A stretch of DNA of 63,740 nucleotides, filler included, from Folioceros fuciformis (Eukaryota): the NCBI GenBank assembly GCA_049999805.1. It is 7 parts of 7 records of this genome, joined end to end, with 100 filler letters (N's around TTAATTAATTAA, not from the genome) between each part and the next. Parts side by side here need not be neighbours in the genome. Positions count along the whole stretch, not along the records: positions 16,580 to 42,363 come from JBNGIO010001917.1; positions 42,464 to 50,567 come from JBNGIO010001918.1; positions 50,668 to 54,040 come from JBNGIO010001920.1; 4 more parts are not named here. One strand, given 5' to 3'. The translations under genes were made by a program, and so were the position numbers. The notes beneath the pieces are model-generated. The model searched no databases. It was not told the DNA's origin and saw only the letters and a list, made by a program, of their open reading frames with translations. Shown one piece after another: positions 40,791 to 52,075 of this stretch. Position 1 is the stretch's first letter, and the number at the start of each line of letters is the position of its first letter.

Positions 40791-41688
40791 ATGAATGCAA
40801 CCAGATCAGCTGTGGAATCGACCGAAAAAAGGCGAAAGGGGGCTGTGTACACGAGAAGATGGCGGGCCAGAAGGGAAGCGGAGCATGTGAAACACGACGT
40901 CATGCAAGATGTTAGGAGGGCAGCACGCGATTGGGTGGGGGATAGAAGCGCTGCACTTCCAAGTGGAGTTACTACGTCACATGTGGTTGCATATTTTGAG
41001 ATGTTTGTGGAGCCAGCGTTACTAGATGAGGAAAATGGCTAGTACACAATTCATGGGGTTTTTCAGCCTTGCCGGAGATTGGAGGTAAAGATGCATCAAT
41101 ACCCGGAACCATGGATCGGGGAGAAAGTGATGCAGCGCCTCCGTGCTTGGCTCGATGAGAGGAAGGGTGGGGAACCTCATCAACGATTACAAGGATTACC
41201 ATGGGAAAGAGTCATGTCCAGCGTTGCAAAGTTTGACACGGGTTACATGGAGTGGGCGAACCATGTTGCAAGATCAAGTTCTTATCATGAGGAATTCATA
41301 TTCATTGGCTATTTGTACCCTCATTCTGAACCTCTCAAAGGTATGAAGTGGAGAATGAGGTCATGGGAGCAACATATTTTTTTAGATATCTGACTAAGTC
41401 CCGGTCATACAGGTTCCTTGTAAGTATTTCTAAACGTATGAGTTCATCATTTCCATCTCGTTTCTGCGTTCCGATGTGGTGGTCGTGCAGTGCATCGAAG
41501 ACGAGAAGATACAAGTAGATGCGGAGGTGCAGATCATGCAAGAAAGGACAGCTCGGAGAAAACATGAGGACGTCGAGGATAACGAATCCGATGTCGTAAC
41601 GAGCACTGATGAGAACGAAGTAACGGATTGCTCAACATTAGACAAGGAGGAGGGGGGGACAGCAAGTAGAAGGATGGGCGGGGACTAG
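40791..41688 (+). pseudogene. Degraded gene of unknown family
   Basis: Protein-like frames joined across a TAG and frameshifts. Basic N-terminal motif, acidic tail, and a GT-AG intron at ~41420-41490. Confidence 0.4.
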
Positions 41689-41708
41689 CATTCAGACTAG
41701 CTCTTTAC

Positions 41709-41969
41709 ATGACTAACACCACGGGAAATGTTACATTCGGGGGATTGCAAATTCAAATAGGCAATGGCGCAGGCGGCGCCACAAACAGTCAACCATCGCG
41801 AGGGAGATTGCAGACTGATTACTGTAATGTGTTTCACATAAAACGCTATAAAGTACTTTACATAAAAACTCTATTCGGTACTTTACAATCGTCACGGGGT
41901 CTTCACATGATTAACACCGCGGGAAATGCCACATTCGGGAGACTGCAAATTCAAATAGGCAGTGGCGCG
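41709..41969 (+). repeat. ~62-bp diverged direct repeat (41709-41770; 41908-41969)
   Basis: atga.taacacc.cgggaaatg..acattcggg.ga.tgcaaattcaaataggca.tggcgc occurs twice. Confidence 0.8.
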
Positions 41970-42363
41970 AGCAGGGCGGGGCAGGGCCGGGACGCTATGA
42001 ATTGCAAACGGGCCGGGAGTGGTCTCCCACTGGGCACCGGTGGTACACCTCCTTCGGGATGTCATGGAGTACCTTCATGGAATCCCGCTATCAGCCTCTC
42101 TCCCTTTCTCTCTTCCCAACTTTTTGTGCCTCTTCTTTGGATCTAGATTGCAGGCAGGAGGAGGGATCGAGGGTGATGGGATCGAATGTGTGTAGGAGAG
42201 GAGGCTGAGGCGAGCTGCAGGATCCGGCCGATTACCGGCCGGGCTTGCTTTCTTCTTCTTTTCGCTGATTTCCTGTCCCGTTTTCCTCCTCAATCTGCAG
42301 TCCCACTGCCGGTGTTGCCACTTCCTCCTCCCTTTCCCCCTCTCTTGCGCATTTCTCCCAGCC

Positions 42364-42463
42364 NNNNNNNNNNNNNNNNNNNNNNNNNNNNNNNNNNNNN
42401 NNNNNNNTTAATTAATTAANNNNNNNNNNNNNNNNNNNNNNNNNNNNNNNNNNNNNNNNNNNN
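42364..42463. other. Artificial contig linker
   Basis: N-TTAATTAATTAA-N. Confidence 0.98.
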
Positions 42464-43640
42464 GTCCAGCCTCGTGCGCTCCTGGAGGCCATGAGGAACA
42501 GGAATATTGGGTTTGTGGGTGACTCGCTGAACGAAAACCTGCTGGTTTCCCTGCTGTGTATTTTGAGAACTGCGGATCGGGCGGCCCGGAAGTGGAAGAG
42601 GAAGGGGGCTTGGCGGGGAGCATTTTTCCCAGGCTTCAATGTCACCGTTGGGTACCATCGGGCTGTGCTTCTGGCGCAGTGCAGTGAGTGAGTGTCTATT
42701 TCTCCCACCTCTGTGTCTTCCTGTTACTGTAAGGCGTGAACCGTGGGCGCCTCCTGTCTGCTTGAAGGTGGCAGTCGACAGGCTCCCTCGGCGGCGTGTT
42801 GGAAAGGTACGGCCTGGTGAAGGGATTCAGGGTGGACGTGGATGTCCCTGCTAAGGATTGGATCAATGCGTGCAAGTTCTACGACGTTCTCGTGTTCAAT
42901 ACGGGGCACTGGTGAGTTCTGGATTTTCACATTTGCCCTTGGCCGCAGCCAGTGGTTGTTGTGGTGGTGGATCGGGTCGTTTAATGTTGACGGGCGTGGG
43001 CAACAGGTGGGGTGTGGACAAGTTCCCCCCGGAGACTCCGCTCATTTTCTTCCGAGGGGGGCAGCCATTGCTTCCTCCCCTGTCCATGGCACAAGGCTTG
43101 GAGCTTGTGCTCCGGACCATGGTGGATTATCTCGAGGAGAATGTTCCAGCAGGAACGTTGAAACTGTGGCGGACACAGTCCCCACGCCACTTTCATGGAG
43201 GTGAATGGAACAAGAACGGTACCTGCACCTCTGATCTGTTGTTGAGTAGCGACCAGGTACACCGCAAGCTGCGAATCCCTTCGCTGGGCATTCAGGTTTT
43301 TGTTTCCAGCGCAACAATGTCTCTATTGACTCTAACTCCAATCATGCAGGTGGAGGTGTGGTTCGGACCTGAAAATGCTGGGGTGAACAAGGAAGAGCGT
43401 GAGGTTAATGAGATTATTAGGAGGGTTTTGATCGGCACAAGCTTCAAGGTGCTGGATGTGGCTCCCATGAGTGAGTTTCGGGCTGATGCTCATCCTTCCC
43501 TGTGGCTGGGTAAAAAGGATTCCTACATAACCTGGGGTCAAGACTGCCTTCATTGGTGCCTACCTGGCCTTCCTGACATCTGGACTGATTTCTTAGCTGC
43601 TGCTATTCTTGAGCACTTAGAGCTGGGATCACAACTTTGA
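42464..43640 (+). CDS. Trichome birefringence-like (TBL12/13-type) O-acetyltransferase, 5' truncated
   Basis: GFVGDSLNEN, YDVLVFNTGHW, WRTQSPRHFHGGEWN, SEFRADAHP and QDCLHWCLPG.PD.W motifs; three introns. Confidence 0.93.
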
Positions 43641-44071
43641 TCCTCCATTGTTTCTCCTCATCCAAGGAGCCATGAATGTACAAGATTCGTCCTTTACCTG
43701 TCGAGTTTCTACATAAGCTGTTTTTTTTTCCCCCCTTTCTCCTTTCCTTTTGAAGATCTGCTTTTGAGGAGCATCTGTGGTTAGATGTTGGCACTTAACA
43801 GGAAAAAGAACCGAGTTAAGGGTTTGGACGTACCAGAGTCGTTTTGCTGAGATGTCTCCGCCTGATTATTGGGTTTAGGATGCAGTAAAGTTTGACTAGC
43901 AAACAAAGCACTTTGTTTTCCTTCTTCTGGAGAAGCTCTTACCCTTGGTTTCTTATTGGAAAAGAACGACGCTTGTGGAACGCACCTGAAGTTTTACTTA
44001 CCTTTTGCTTGCCCTTCTTTGCTTTGAAGCTTAAGTCTTCTCTGATCGAAGGCGAGGCATTCGTCTCTGAT

Positions 44072-46154
44072 CTATAGGTCGTTCTTGAGCTCTTCAAGTC
44101 TGAGGTCTGAGCCACGGACATATCTGAAAAGCTTTTCCAGTGCTGCCCCGTACTCCTCCATGGTCTTACTTGTGATCGCTTCTGCAATTTCTTCATCCCT
44201 TGCCGAGTGTGCCGCTATATTTGCTATCTGGTGCAGTGTGTAAGTCTTATCCTTCCCAGTGGACATCCGTGTTAGTTCTACCAGAGTCTCATCAAGCCCT
44301 CGATCTGCAAGTAGCCAGCAAGCTCCTGGTTGATTACGGATGTCATTCAGTGTCAGATGCCAGTTACTCATGTTGGCATGGTGGTCCCTGCTGAACCTGA
44401 TCAGATTATTATATGGCTGCAAATCTTCGGCCATGCGCTTTCGCACTCTCTCCAGCAAGGTGCGTACCCATATCTTGAACATGGAAGCGGATACCACGTC
44501 ATACTTGTGCTCAATCCAACTGTTTCGATCCTGACTCTGTAGTAGTGATTTGTTGCTGGCTTCTAGAGCATGAATCTTAGCTTTCAGCTGGCCATCCAAT
44601 ATCTGAATCACGGATGCCTTTTCCATCACCTCCTTCTCCTTAAGAGCTAGTTTTTCAGTCGCCTCTCTTAACTCCGTCTCCAACTGGACAAGGAGATCAG
44701 CCAGTAGCCTACTATCGTCCTTATGGCCCTTGGACTTGGCGTAGAAGAATGCCTCCATGAATCTCCTGGAGGCCTCCAGGTGCTTGATTTGCTCCATCTC
44801 CATGTTCAGTAGGTTATCGTTAAGCCTTCTGAGAGCATTAGCCTTGCTTTTCAAGGCATTGTAATCTTGTGGCCGAATCACTATTACACAGTCAGCATGC
44901 CGTTCCCAGTGATCATCAGGGGACCCAAACCCGATCTCAGAAGAGCCAGGTAGGAATGTGTATCTGTACGTGTCTTTCTTGAATGGAGGGAGGCCGTGGG
45001 TGGACAAGAACTTTGCGATCTCGTAGTGCTGCAGGACTTCGTGTGGGTCTTCAGGTGGGTTTGGGATGGTGAAATTTGCCGTGCAGTCGGTAAACAAAAT
45101 TGCGCATTTCAGTGGCTCCTGCATCCTGTACTTCTGATCTATTGCTTTTTGGGCATCAGACGTCTTGTTTGCATCACCTGCAAGACTGGGGTTTTGTAAG
45201 GGCTCATTGCTGTCTCCGAACACGAGGGGGTCCATCGGCAAAAACTCATGATTCAGGTCCTTCATCTTCGATCCTACCTGCCCCAGTTTGCCTTGCATTT
45301 TCATGTACTCCTCTTTCTGCTTCTTCAACCTCTCTACCTCTCGCTGTGCTGCCTCTGGATTCCTTGCTGACCTGAGCAGCCGGGTGCCTGTGGTAATCAT
45401 AGGTGGCTGCTTCTTGATTGACGTCCAGGGGCTGTCGTACAGATCAGCATAGATCGGGTCTTTCTGTCTTTTAAGGCCAGTGGACAGTGTGTCTCCGGTG
45501 ATGAGAAGTGTCGGCAGGCCAAGGTTGGTAGAAGAGGTGGGTGCTTCGGGCTCCTGGGGCTTATCTTCTGCTTTCTTCTTGCCCTTGGTGTCTTCAGGAC
45601 CACCAGCTTTTGTAGGCCCCTGTGCCCCCGCTGTCGCAACTGCTCCACCATCCGCGGGTGGCGGAGCAGGTTTTGCAGCTTCTGCAGTTTCTGCTGGCTT
45701 TGCGGCATCCGATGGCGGAGGTGGATTTGAGGGAGATGGAGGTGGAATTGAAGGAGGCGGAGGTGGATTTGAAGGAGGCGGAGCAGGCTTTGCAGCATCT
45801 GAGCTTGGCGGTGGCTTGGCCGCCTCAGGTGATGGTGCACTCGCCTCCTGTGCAGGTGAAGGCTTCGCAGCATCATCCGTAGGAGCTGCTGCTGGTTTTG
45901 CTGCATCTCCAGCAGGTGCCGGGGATGCCATTGTGGTTGGAAGTTCTGTCACGTCCTGGAGAATCTATCAACCCTTCCTCCTTGGACGAGGCATTTAATG
46001 GACTTCATGCAACATGCCGTCCTCGTCTTGATCCTCGCATCCCTGTCCCATACCTCTCAGCATTCTAGTGACCCAAAAGTTTTTCATGAGTACCGACCGT
46101 GAAGGAAACCGAGACTTGAAACCAAAATGTTGTCTCTGTTTCTGTACTCACCAT
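44072..46154 (-). CDS. Uncharacterised ~628-aa protein: Pro/Ala-rich [DE]AAKP repeats, coiled coil, helical C-terminal domain
   Basis: Uninterrupted frame of >620 codons. Probable ATG-only first coding exon (ATG|gtgagt at 46154-46152) and intron 45956-46151; alternative ATG at 45931. Confidence 0.8.
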
Positions 46155-46781
46155 GATCTGCTCTCACGGAAATTCCTAGACATCGTACCCATAGTGTCTC
46201 GTTGGGCAGATCCACCACCGACGGGTGAGTCCTAGACGGGAGGAGGGAGTATTACGAACGAGAGGTCACGTCGTTCGGATGTCATCCGAAATGAACGGAG
46301 CGGTTGACAGCAACCGTCGACTTCAGACAACAACGAAATACCAGTGTGGGCCTGCTGATGCGCAGGGACAGTCACACAGACTGGTGATTCCAAAATAGAA
46401 GACTTCTAAACAGACAAGCTGCAGTAGACTTAAATGGCAACTTTCAGCCTAGTCTTCTCAACGAACTGCAAGAAACTGGTCTAGGTCTAGATGCAGAGCA
46501 AGTGATGTAGCAAGTCTCAACACACGCTATCTTGAGGCAGACGACTCTGAAAGGAGGCAGAACTACTACATGTAATACACAAGGACAGGAGTCTGCACCG
46601 ATCAGCTTTTCATTCAAGAGACGAGAAGTTTGGAATTACACTTGCGACCAGCCAAGCAATCCCATCGATTCAGCTTGGGCAGGTGCCATACCTCGATAAA
46701 GGGAAGGCATGCTTCCTCCGGATCTCCACCTACCTCCGTGATTCTCGAAGACACTATTCTCACCCTACGCAGCAACCAGTA

Positions 46782-47186
46782 TCACTGAGCAGCAGTCTTG
46801 GTGCCTCCTTGCTGCTCTTGCCACTGCTGAGGCGTGAGAGCCTTTCTGATGGACAGGGCATGGATGGTCTTCAGCTCGTCCGCCAGGGCTGTGTTCACCA
46901 GGCGGTGGCGCTCCAGCAACCTCTTGCCTTCGAACTGCGCGGATGCAATCTCGATGTCGAAACTGGCACCACATCCTCCGGATGTGTCAATGACCTCCAA
47001 ATGCACTGGCTTCAACTCATTAGTGAGCTTCTCCTCCACGCCCTCCTTGGTGACCCCCATGGCAGACGCCAAAGACCTGACAGTGGCCGAGGCAGATGCA
47101 AGCAAAGATGTGGCAGGAGCTCTCAAAAAGTTCCCACACAACGACCGCATACAGCCCCTCCCGGAAATGGAGCTTATCAGCTTCAT
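46782..47186 (-). CDS. BOLA2: BolA2-type protein, intronless
   Basis: MGVTKEGVEEKL..LKPVHLEVIDTSGGCGASF...FEGKRLLERHRLVN..IHALSI..ALTPQQW. Conserved ATG at 47060; upstream in-frame ATG at 47186. Confidence 0.93.
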   Translation of the reverse strand: MKLISSISGRGCMRSLCGNFLRAPATSLLASASATVRSLASAMGVTKEGVEEKLTNELKPVHLEVIDTSGGCGASFDIEIASAQFEGKRLLERHRLVNTALADELKTIHALSIRKALTPQQWQEQQGGTKTAAQ

Positions 47187-47459
47187 CCAGCGGCGCCAGC
47201 CGTTGCAGGCAACTGAAACCACCGACTTTTTGTCTTGTCAGGACGATACAATTTGTAGGGTCCCACGGTTATGCCCCGGAAGCACGCGAACTACACGCTC
47301 CACATTTCCTGTGGTTCTCCTGTCTTGCGTCGTGTCTCCTCTCCAGGGCAGCAAAATGCGTTGGTTTTTTCACCTAGAACGCACCATGAACGAAACTCGC
47401 GATGTCTGACGGCCTGGACATCGTCCCGCGTCTTCTGTTTCCGTTACTGCTGGGAAGCC

Positions 47460-50400
47460 ATGACTGTTTCTCTTGGAGGACTGTCGTCCAGGGTGTTACT
47501 CGGTGGGGCTTCCGCCGGCGCCAAGGGAGCCGCCATCAAATGGGCTGTGGTGGGGAATTGCAGGCAGAAGCCGGAGAGCTGGGTGGTGTGCGTTTCTGAG
47601 ACCAGGGGCATCTCAAAGCGGGTTGGGAGGCTCGGGGTTGCGGTGCGGGATGTTGGATCGTTGGTGGCGGCGGATGGGTTGCAGGAGGAACGGGATTCCT
47701 GCCATGCAGATTCGGAAGGGACATTCACAAAAGTAGAGAATGGACAAGCTGTGAATTTTTCCTCTGCGCCTGGCGCAGCAATTTCAACAGGCCATGCCCC
47801 ATCGTCGTCAGGTTCTACAGCTGGAGCTGTGAGTGATGGACTGGAAAGCATAATTTTAGCTCTGTGCACTGGACTTTGTGACATTTCGGTTGTGATTGTG
47901 CTGTTCTGCGTTCTTCCCAGGTCCTGCTTGTGGAGAACATCACTCTGAGCGCTGGTGGAAGAGATCTACTGAACAGGGCCACATGGAGGCTTATGCCAGG
48001 GGACCGGACAGGTCTGGTGGGGGTGAATGGGTGTGGGAAGACCACACTGCTGCGCTCAATTGTAGGGCTTGCAGATGTTCAATCAGGGTCTGTGTCATTT
48101 GGTGCAGGCACAGAGGTTGCCTACCTGGAGCAAACGTACGTTTTTCCCCATGACTCCTGAGGATGTTTGTACCCACGCGATTGCTACAGGGCCTTTAGGT
48201 TTAGATTTTTGCTGATATGGTTCCCAGAAACTTCTGGCGGAGGACCTGAGGAGTGAGACATGTATCGATTATTTCTTGCACAGTGCAGTTTCTGGTTCCA
48301 CAAGGACTGTATGGGAGGAGGCAAGGTCTCGGATGTCTGCTATGAATGCTATATTCGCAGAAGTCCAAGCTGCAGAAGATGCTGTGGAGAATGGAACTGA
48401 AGGTGCTATTGCTCGGCTAGCAAAGGCGCAGGAAATGTTTGAGGCTGTGGATGGCTACAGGGCCGATGAGATTATTGCAAGGTCGGTTATGTTCAAATTC
48501 GTGGTCTTCCCGTTGAATACATCTCCTGGCAGGCTGTTCTGAGCGTGTGTTGTAATTGTCAACGTTGCAGTGTATTGAATGGGCTCGGTTTCCAGACATC
48601 AGATTGGACAAGGTCATGTGCCGAGTTTTCAGGGGGTTGGCAAATGCGTATTGCGCTCGCCAGACTTCTCCTCAGTCAAGTGGGACACCTTGGGATGTCT
48701 CTTCTGTTGCTGGACGAGCCAACAAATCATCTGGACGGTGGAGCTAAGGTTGTTCCACTGCTCTTCTTGTGTAGTGCCGTTCTAGCACCTTGGAGAGTTG
48801 CTTCTCTCCATATGCATGTTGATTGAAGGTGCCAGTGCATGCTTGCAGCAATGGTTGGCCACCTACTTGAAGGGAACAAATTCAGCTGTTGTGATCGTGA
48901 GTCATGATCAGGAGTTTCTGGAGAAAGTTTGCAATCAAATAGTTGAGGTACTGTTCGCTTGCCTCCGTGAGATAGTTGGTTAGCACATGCTGTCCTGGTC
49001 TCTGTCCACAGTCTGGCAAGCAAGATTAGGGTAAACCCACGTTCTCGTTGGATTGCAGATTCGAGGAGCTCGGTTGCATCATTTTACTGGGAATTTTTCT
49101 AAGTTTTTGCAAGCTCGGGCAGCAAGACAAGAACAGGAGGCTCAGGCGTACAAGGCAAAGCAAGCAGAAATTGCCCGTCTGCAAGGATTTGTTACACGGT
49201 TTGGGGCAAAGGCCACGAAAGCCTCAGCAGCAAACTCAAGAAAGAAGATGATAGAGCGGCTCAAGGACCAGTTGCCTGATTCTGCGCCTGAAGACGGTAG
49301 GTGGCTTAACTTACCATTCAAAATAGATCAGATGAAGCCCGATCTATTCTTAATGGAACATGCTGTTTGCGTGTCAACTTACATGTTGATATCATGCCCA
49401 TTTGTCCTTTTCACACAAGTTATGCCTCAGAACTTGGAGATTCTGCCGGTGACAAGCGGTCTGTTAAAATAACACTTCCGAAGCCTCCTCCTTCTGCGAG
49501 GGAAGTGCTATTATTGAGAGCGGCCAACGTAGGGTGGGATGGCTGTCCACCTCTGTTGCATAATGTCAACCTCAGATTGGAGACCAAGATGCGTCTGGTA
49601 AGTCCAATCACATTCTGCTCCAAGCATGATATCTCCACGGATGCGTCATTCCTTCTGATTTCGGTTCACAGGTGATACTGGGACCCAATGGCTGTGGAAA
49701 GTCAACCTTAATGCGGGCAATGTCAGGGAGAACAGACCTTCAAGGAGGATCAAGGCTTGTCGGAATGGGTGTGGAGATCGGTGTGTTTACACAAGACCTG
49801 GCTCAAGACCTACCAGCACATGTGTCGGGAATGGATTTTGTGTTGGAGGTTTCTTCGACCATCTTGTTATACAACTCTATCTGGATTGCTTTGATTGCAG
49901 TAGCATCTGTTCTAGATGGGGAGCCGTGCGGGGCATACTTAGCGTGTCCTGCTATGTGTGTCTCCAGGCTGCAAGAGAGAAGAACCCGATGATCACAGAT
50001 GGTCAAGCTCGAAGTGTTCTTGGAGCTCTGGGGTTGACTGGAGATGCAGCATTGCGCCCAATTGGTGCTCTTTCCGGTAGGCGAGCGTGTTGTTGTAGCA
50101 TGATTTCCTTTCGACTGAGATGACTTGCAAAAAGTGTTGGCGATCGCTTAAGCCAATTGTTATGTTTGTGTTCGAACAGGAGGTGAAAAAGCTCGGGTAG
50201 CTCTTGGTGTGTTTATGCTGAGACCGTACAATTGCCTGCTGCTTGATGAAGCCAGCAACCATCTTGACCGTCCATCAGTCATGACTCTTGCCCAAAGCTT
50301 GAGCAAATTCGAAGGTTAGCATTCGTAGAAGTGGGCAGGACAGCAGTTTCCTTTTCCTTCTATGGCGTCTCTTGACATGAGACTGGCTGTTAACAGGGGC

Positions 50401-50567
50401 TTTGGCTGCTATTTCGCACGACGAAGAGTTTATCCAAGCTCTTAACCCGACCCACATAGCACGTGTTCAACCCGACGGTTCTGTCACGGTGGATTTGTGC
50501 ATCAATGGTGATCTTCGACCGGCAAGCAGACAAACAGCCTCCACTGCCGTCACACCTAAGCCAACGC
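47460..50567 (+). CDS. ABC-F family ATPase with transit-peptide-like N-terminus, 3' end cut by contig end
   Basis: Two ABC domains and no transmembrane segments: [70 protein letters not shown]. Confidence 0.93.
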
Positions 50568-50667
50568 NNNNNNNNNNNNNNNNNNNNNNNNNNNNNNNNN
50601 NNNNNNNNNNNTTAATTAATTAANNNNNNNNNNNNNNNNNNNNNNNNNNNNNNNNNNNNNNNNNNNN
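50568..50667. other. Artificial contig linker
   Basis: N-TTAATTAATTAA-N. Confidence 0.98.
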
Positions 50668-51864
50668 GTATTCATGATACTGTGTTGTTACAAGTACCTA
50701 ATTAAAGATTTGATACAGGAACTCCTCGTGTTGCTACGCCTTTGGATGCTTAGGGAGGGTTGATCTGGAAGGGATTGCTTGCCATGGTAACCATTGTGAT
50801 TTATTTGCCTACGATAATTAGTTATTTACTTGTGTGGTGGTTGTTGATCCCCTTTCACGATCTATGGTTCTTCACAGGCTTCAAGCACCAAGTGTAGTAG
50901 GGCGACACGGCACTAGCTAGGCCAGTCGCTACTCCAACACTTTGTCTACGCAGAACTTCTGACATTTGTACATGTACATGCAAATGCCTGAAGGCTTTCA
51001 CAGCACGGCCATCAGCGCGCGCAGACCACGGCTCATTTGTCTTCCTGGAGTACAACATGTGCTGCACTTGACTTAGAGTAGGGATTTGAACTATTTGATA
51101 CCTTCGTGCTACTGCGGAAGTTCCTGGTATTGAATTCTAGCAGATGAAGGAGCCAACTGCCTGGCAGAATTCCAACGCGGATCCTTTTCGAGTGATAGTA
51201 GCTAGTACAAGCTGGGCACCTTGCCACAGTCCTTTTGCTCGTTAGCCGGCTTTGTCCAGGCAGTCAAGGGATGGTGCACCTTGATCTGCTCAAGCTGCTC
51301 AAAGTTTGTGTAAACCGGTTGGATCACGATGACAACCCCGGAATGTCGAGGTCTCAAGTTGAGTAACTGTTGTCGAATCTGTTACGCATGCTACAATGTA
51401 GAGCCTTAGAAGTTGCGCCATTTGTAGTCCTTGCCTAGTACAGCGGATCCCTTGAGCGACAACGTCGTCTTTTTTTCTCTTCTTTTTCTTTTTTCTTTTC
51501 CTTTCCCTCGTTGTCGAAAGGATTCATAACTTCCAATTCGAATCAAACACGTGGAAAGCATCCAGGAACACCTTTCCAGCTGGAAATGTAAGAAATCTTG
51601 GCGGTTATACTATACTACTTGTAAGACAAGTACGACTACATGGCGTACCAACGAGGAAAGCAGGGAGGGTGTAAGAACTTTTTTGTTTTTAACACTACAT
51701 AACTAATCGTGGTGGCGCCTACCACGAACACTTGCCACTCAGAATAAAAGCCATAGTGGACATGCCCATAGGCTTGGGAAAAAGATTTAGTCTTGGCTTT
51801 AGGTTTGGCAACAATTCTGAGTTGAATCAAGTTTGGTTCTGAGTCGAGTAAAGTTCAGACCTCT

Positions 51865-52075
51865 GTTGTCCTAGGCGGGCCTCGGCCCTAAACCCTAAAC
51901 CCTTGAGGTGGTTGTCCTACTAGGCAGGGCCTCGGCCCTAAACCCTAAACCCTTGAGGTGCAGGTCCTCGGCCCGTAGCGTGGGGCAAGGCCGTGAGGCA
52001 CAAGGCCTCAGCCATCATGTGGAGCAAGGCCGTGAGGCACAAGGCCTCAGCCATCATGTGGAGCAAGGCCCTAAG
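51865..52075. repeat. Tandem repeats: ~46-50-bp unit with CCCTAAA x2, twice; 39-bp unit ~2.2 copies
   Basis: ggcctcggccctaaaccctaaacccttgaggtg x2; gcaaggccgtgaggcacaaggcctcagccatcatgtgga x2. Confidence 0.85.

Noticed and set aside
51887..51953. CCCTAAA motifs as a telomere
   Set aside because: Only about two units per copy, embedded in a larger repeat; interstitial.
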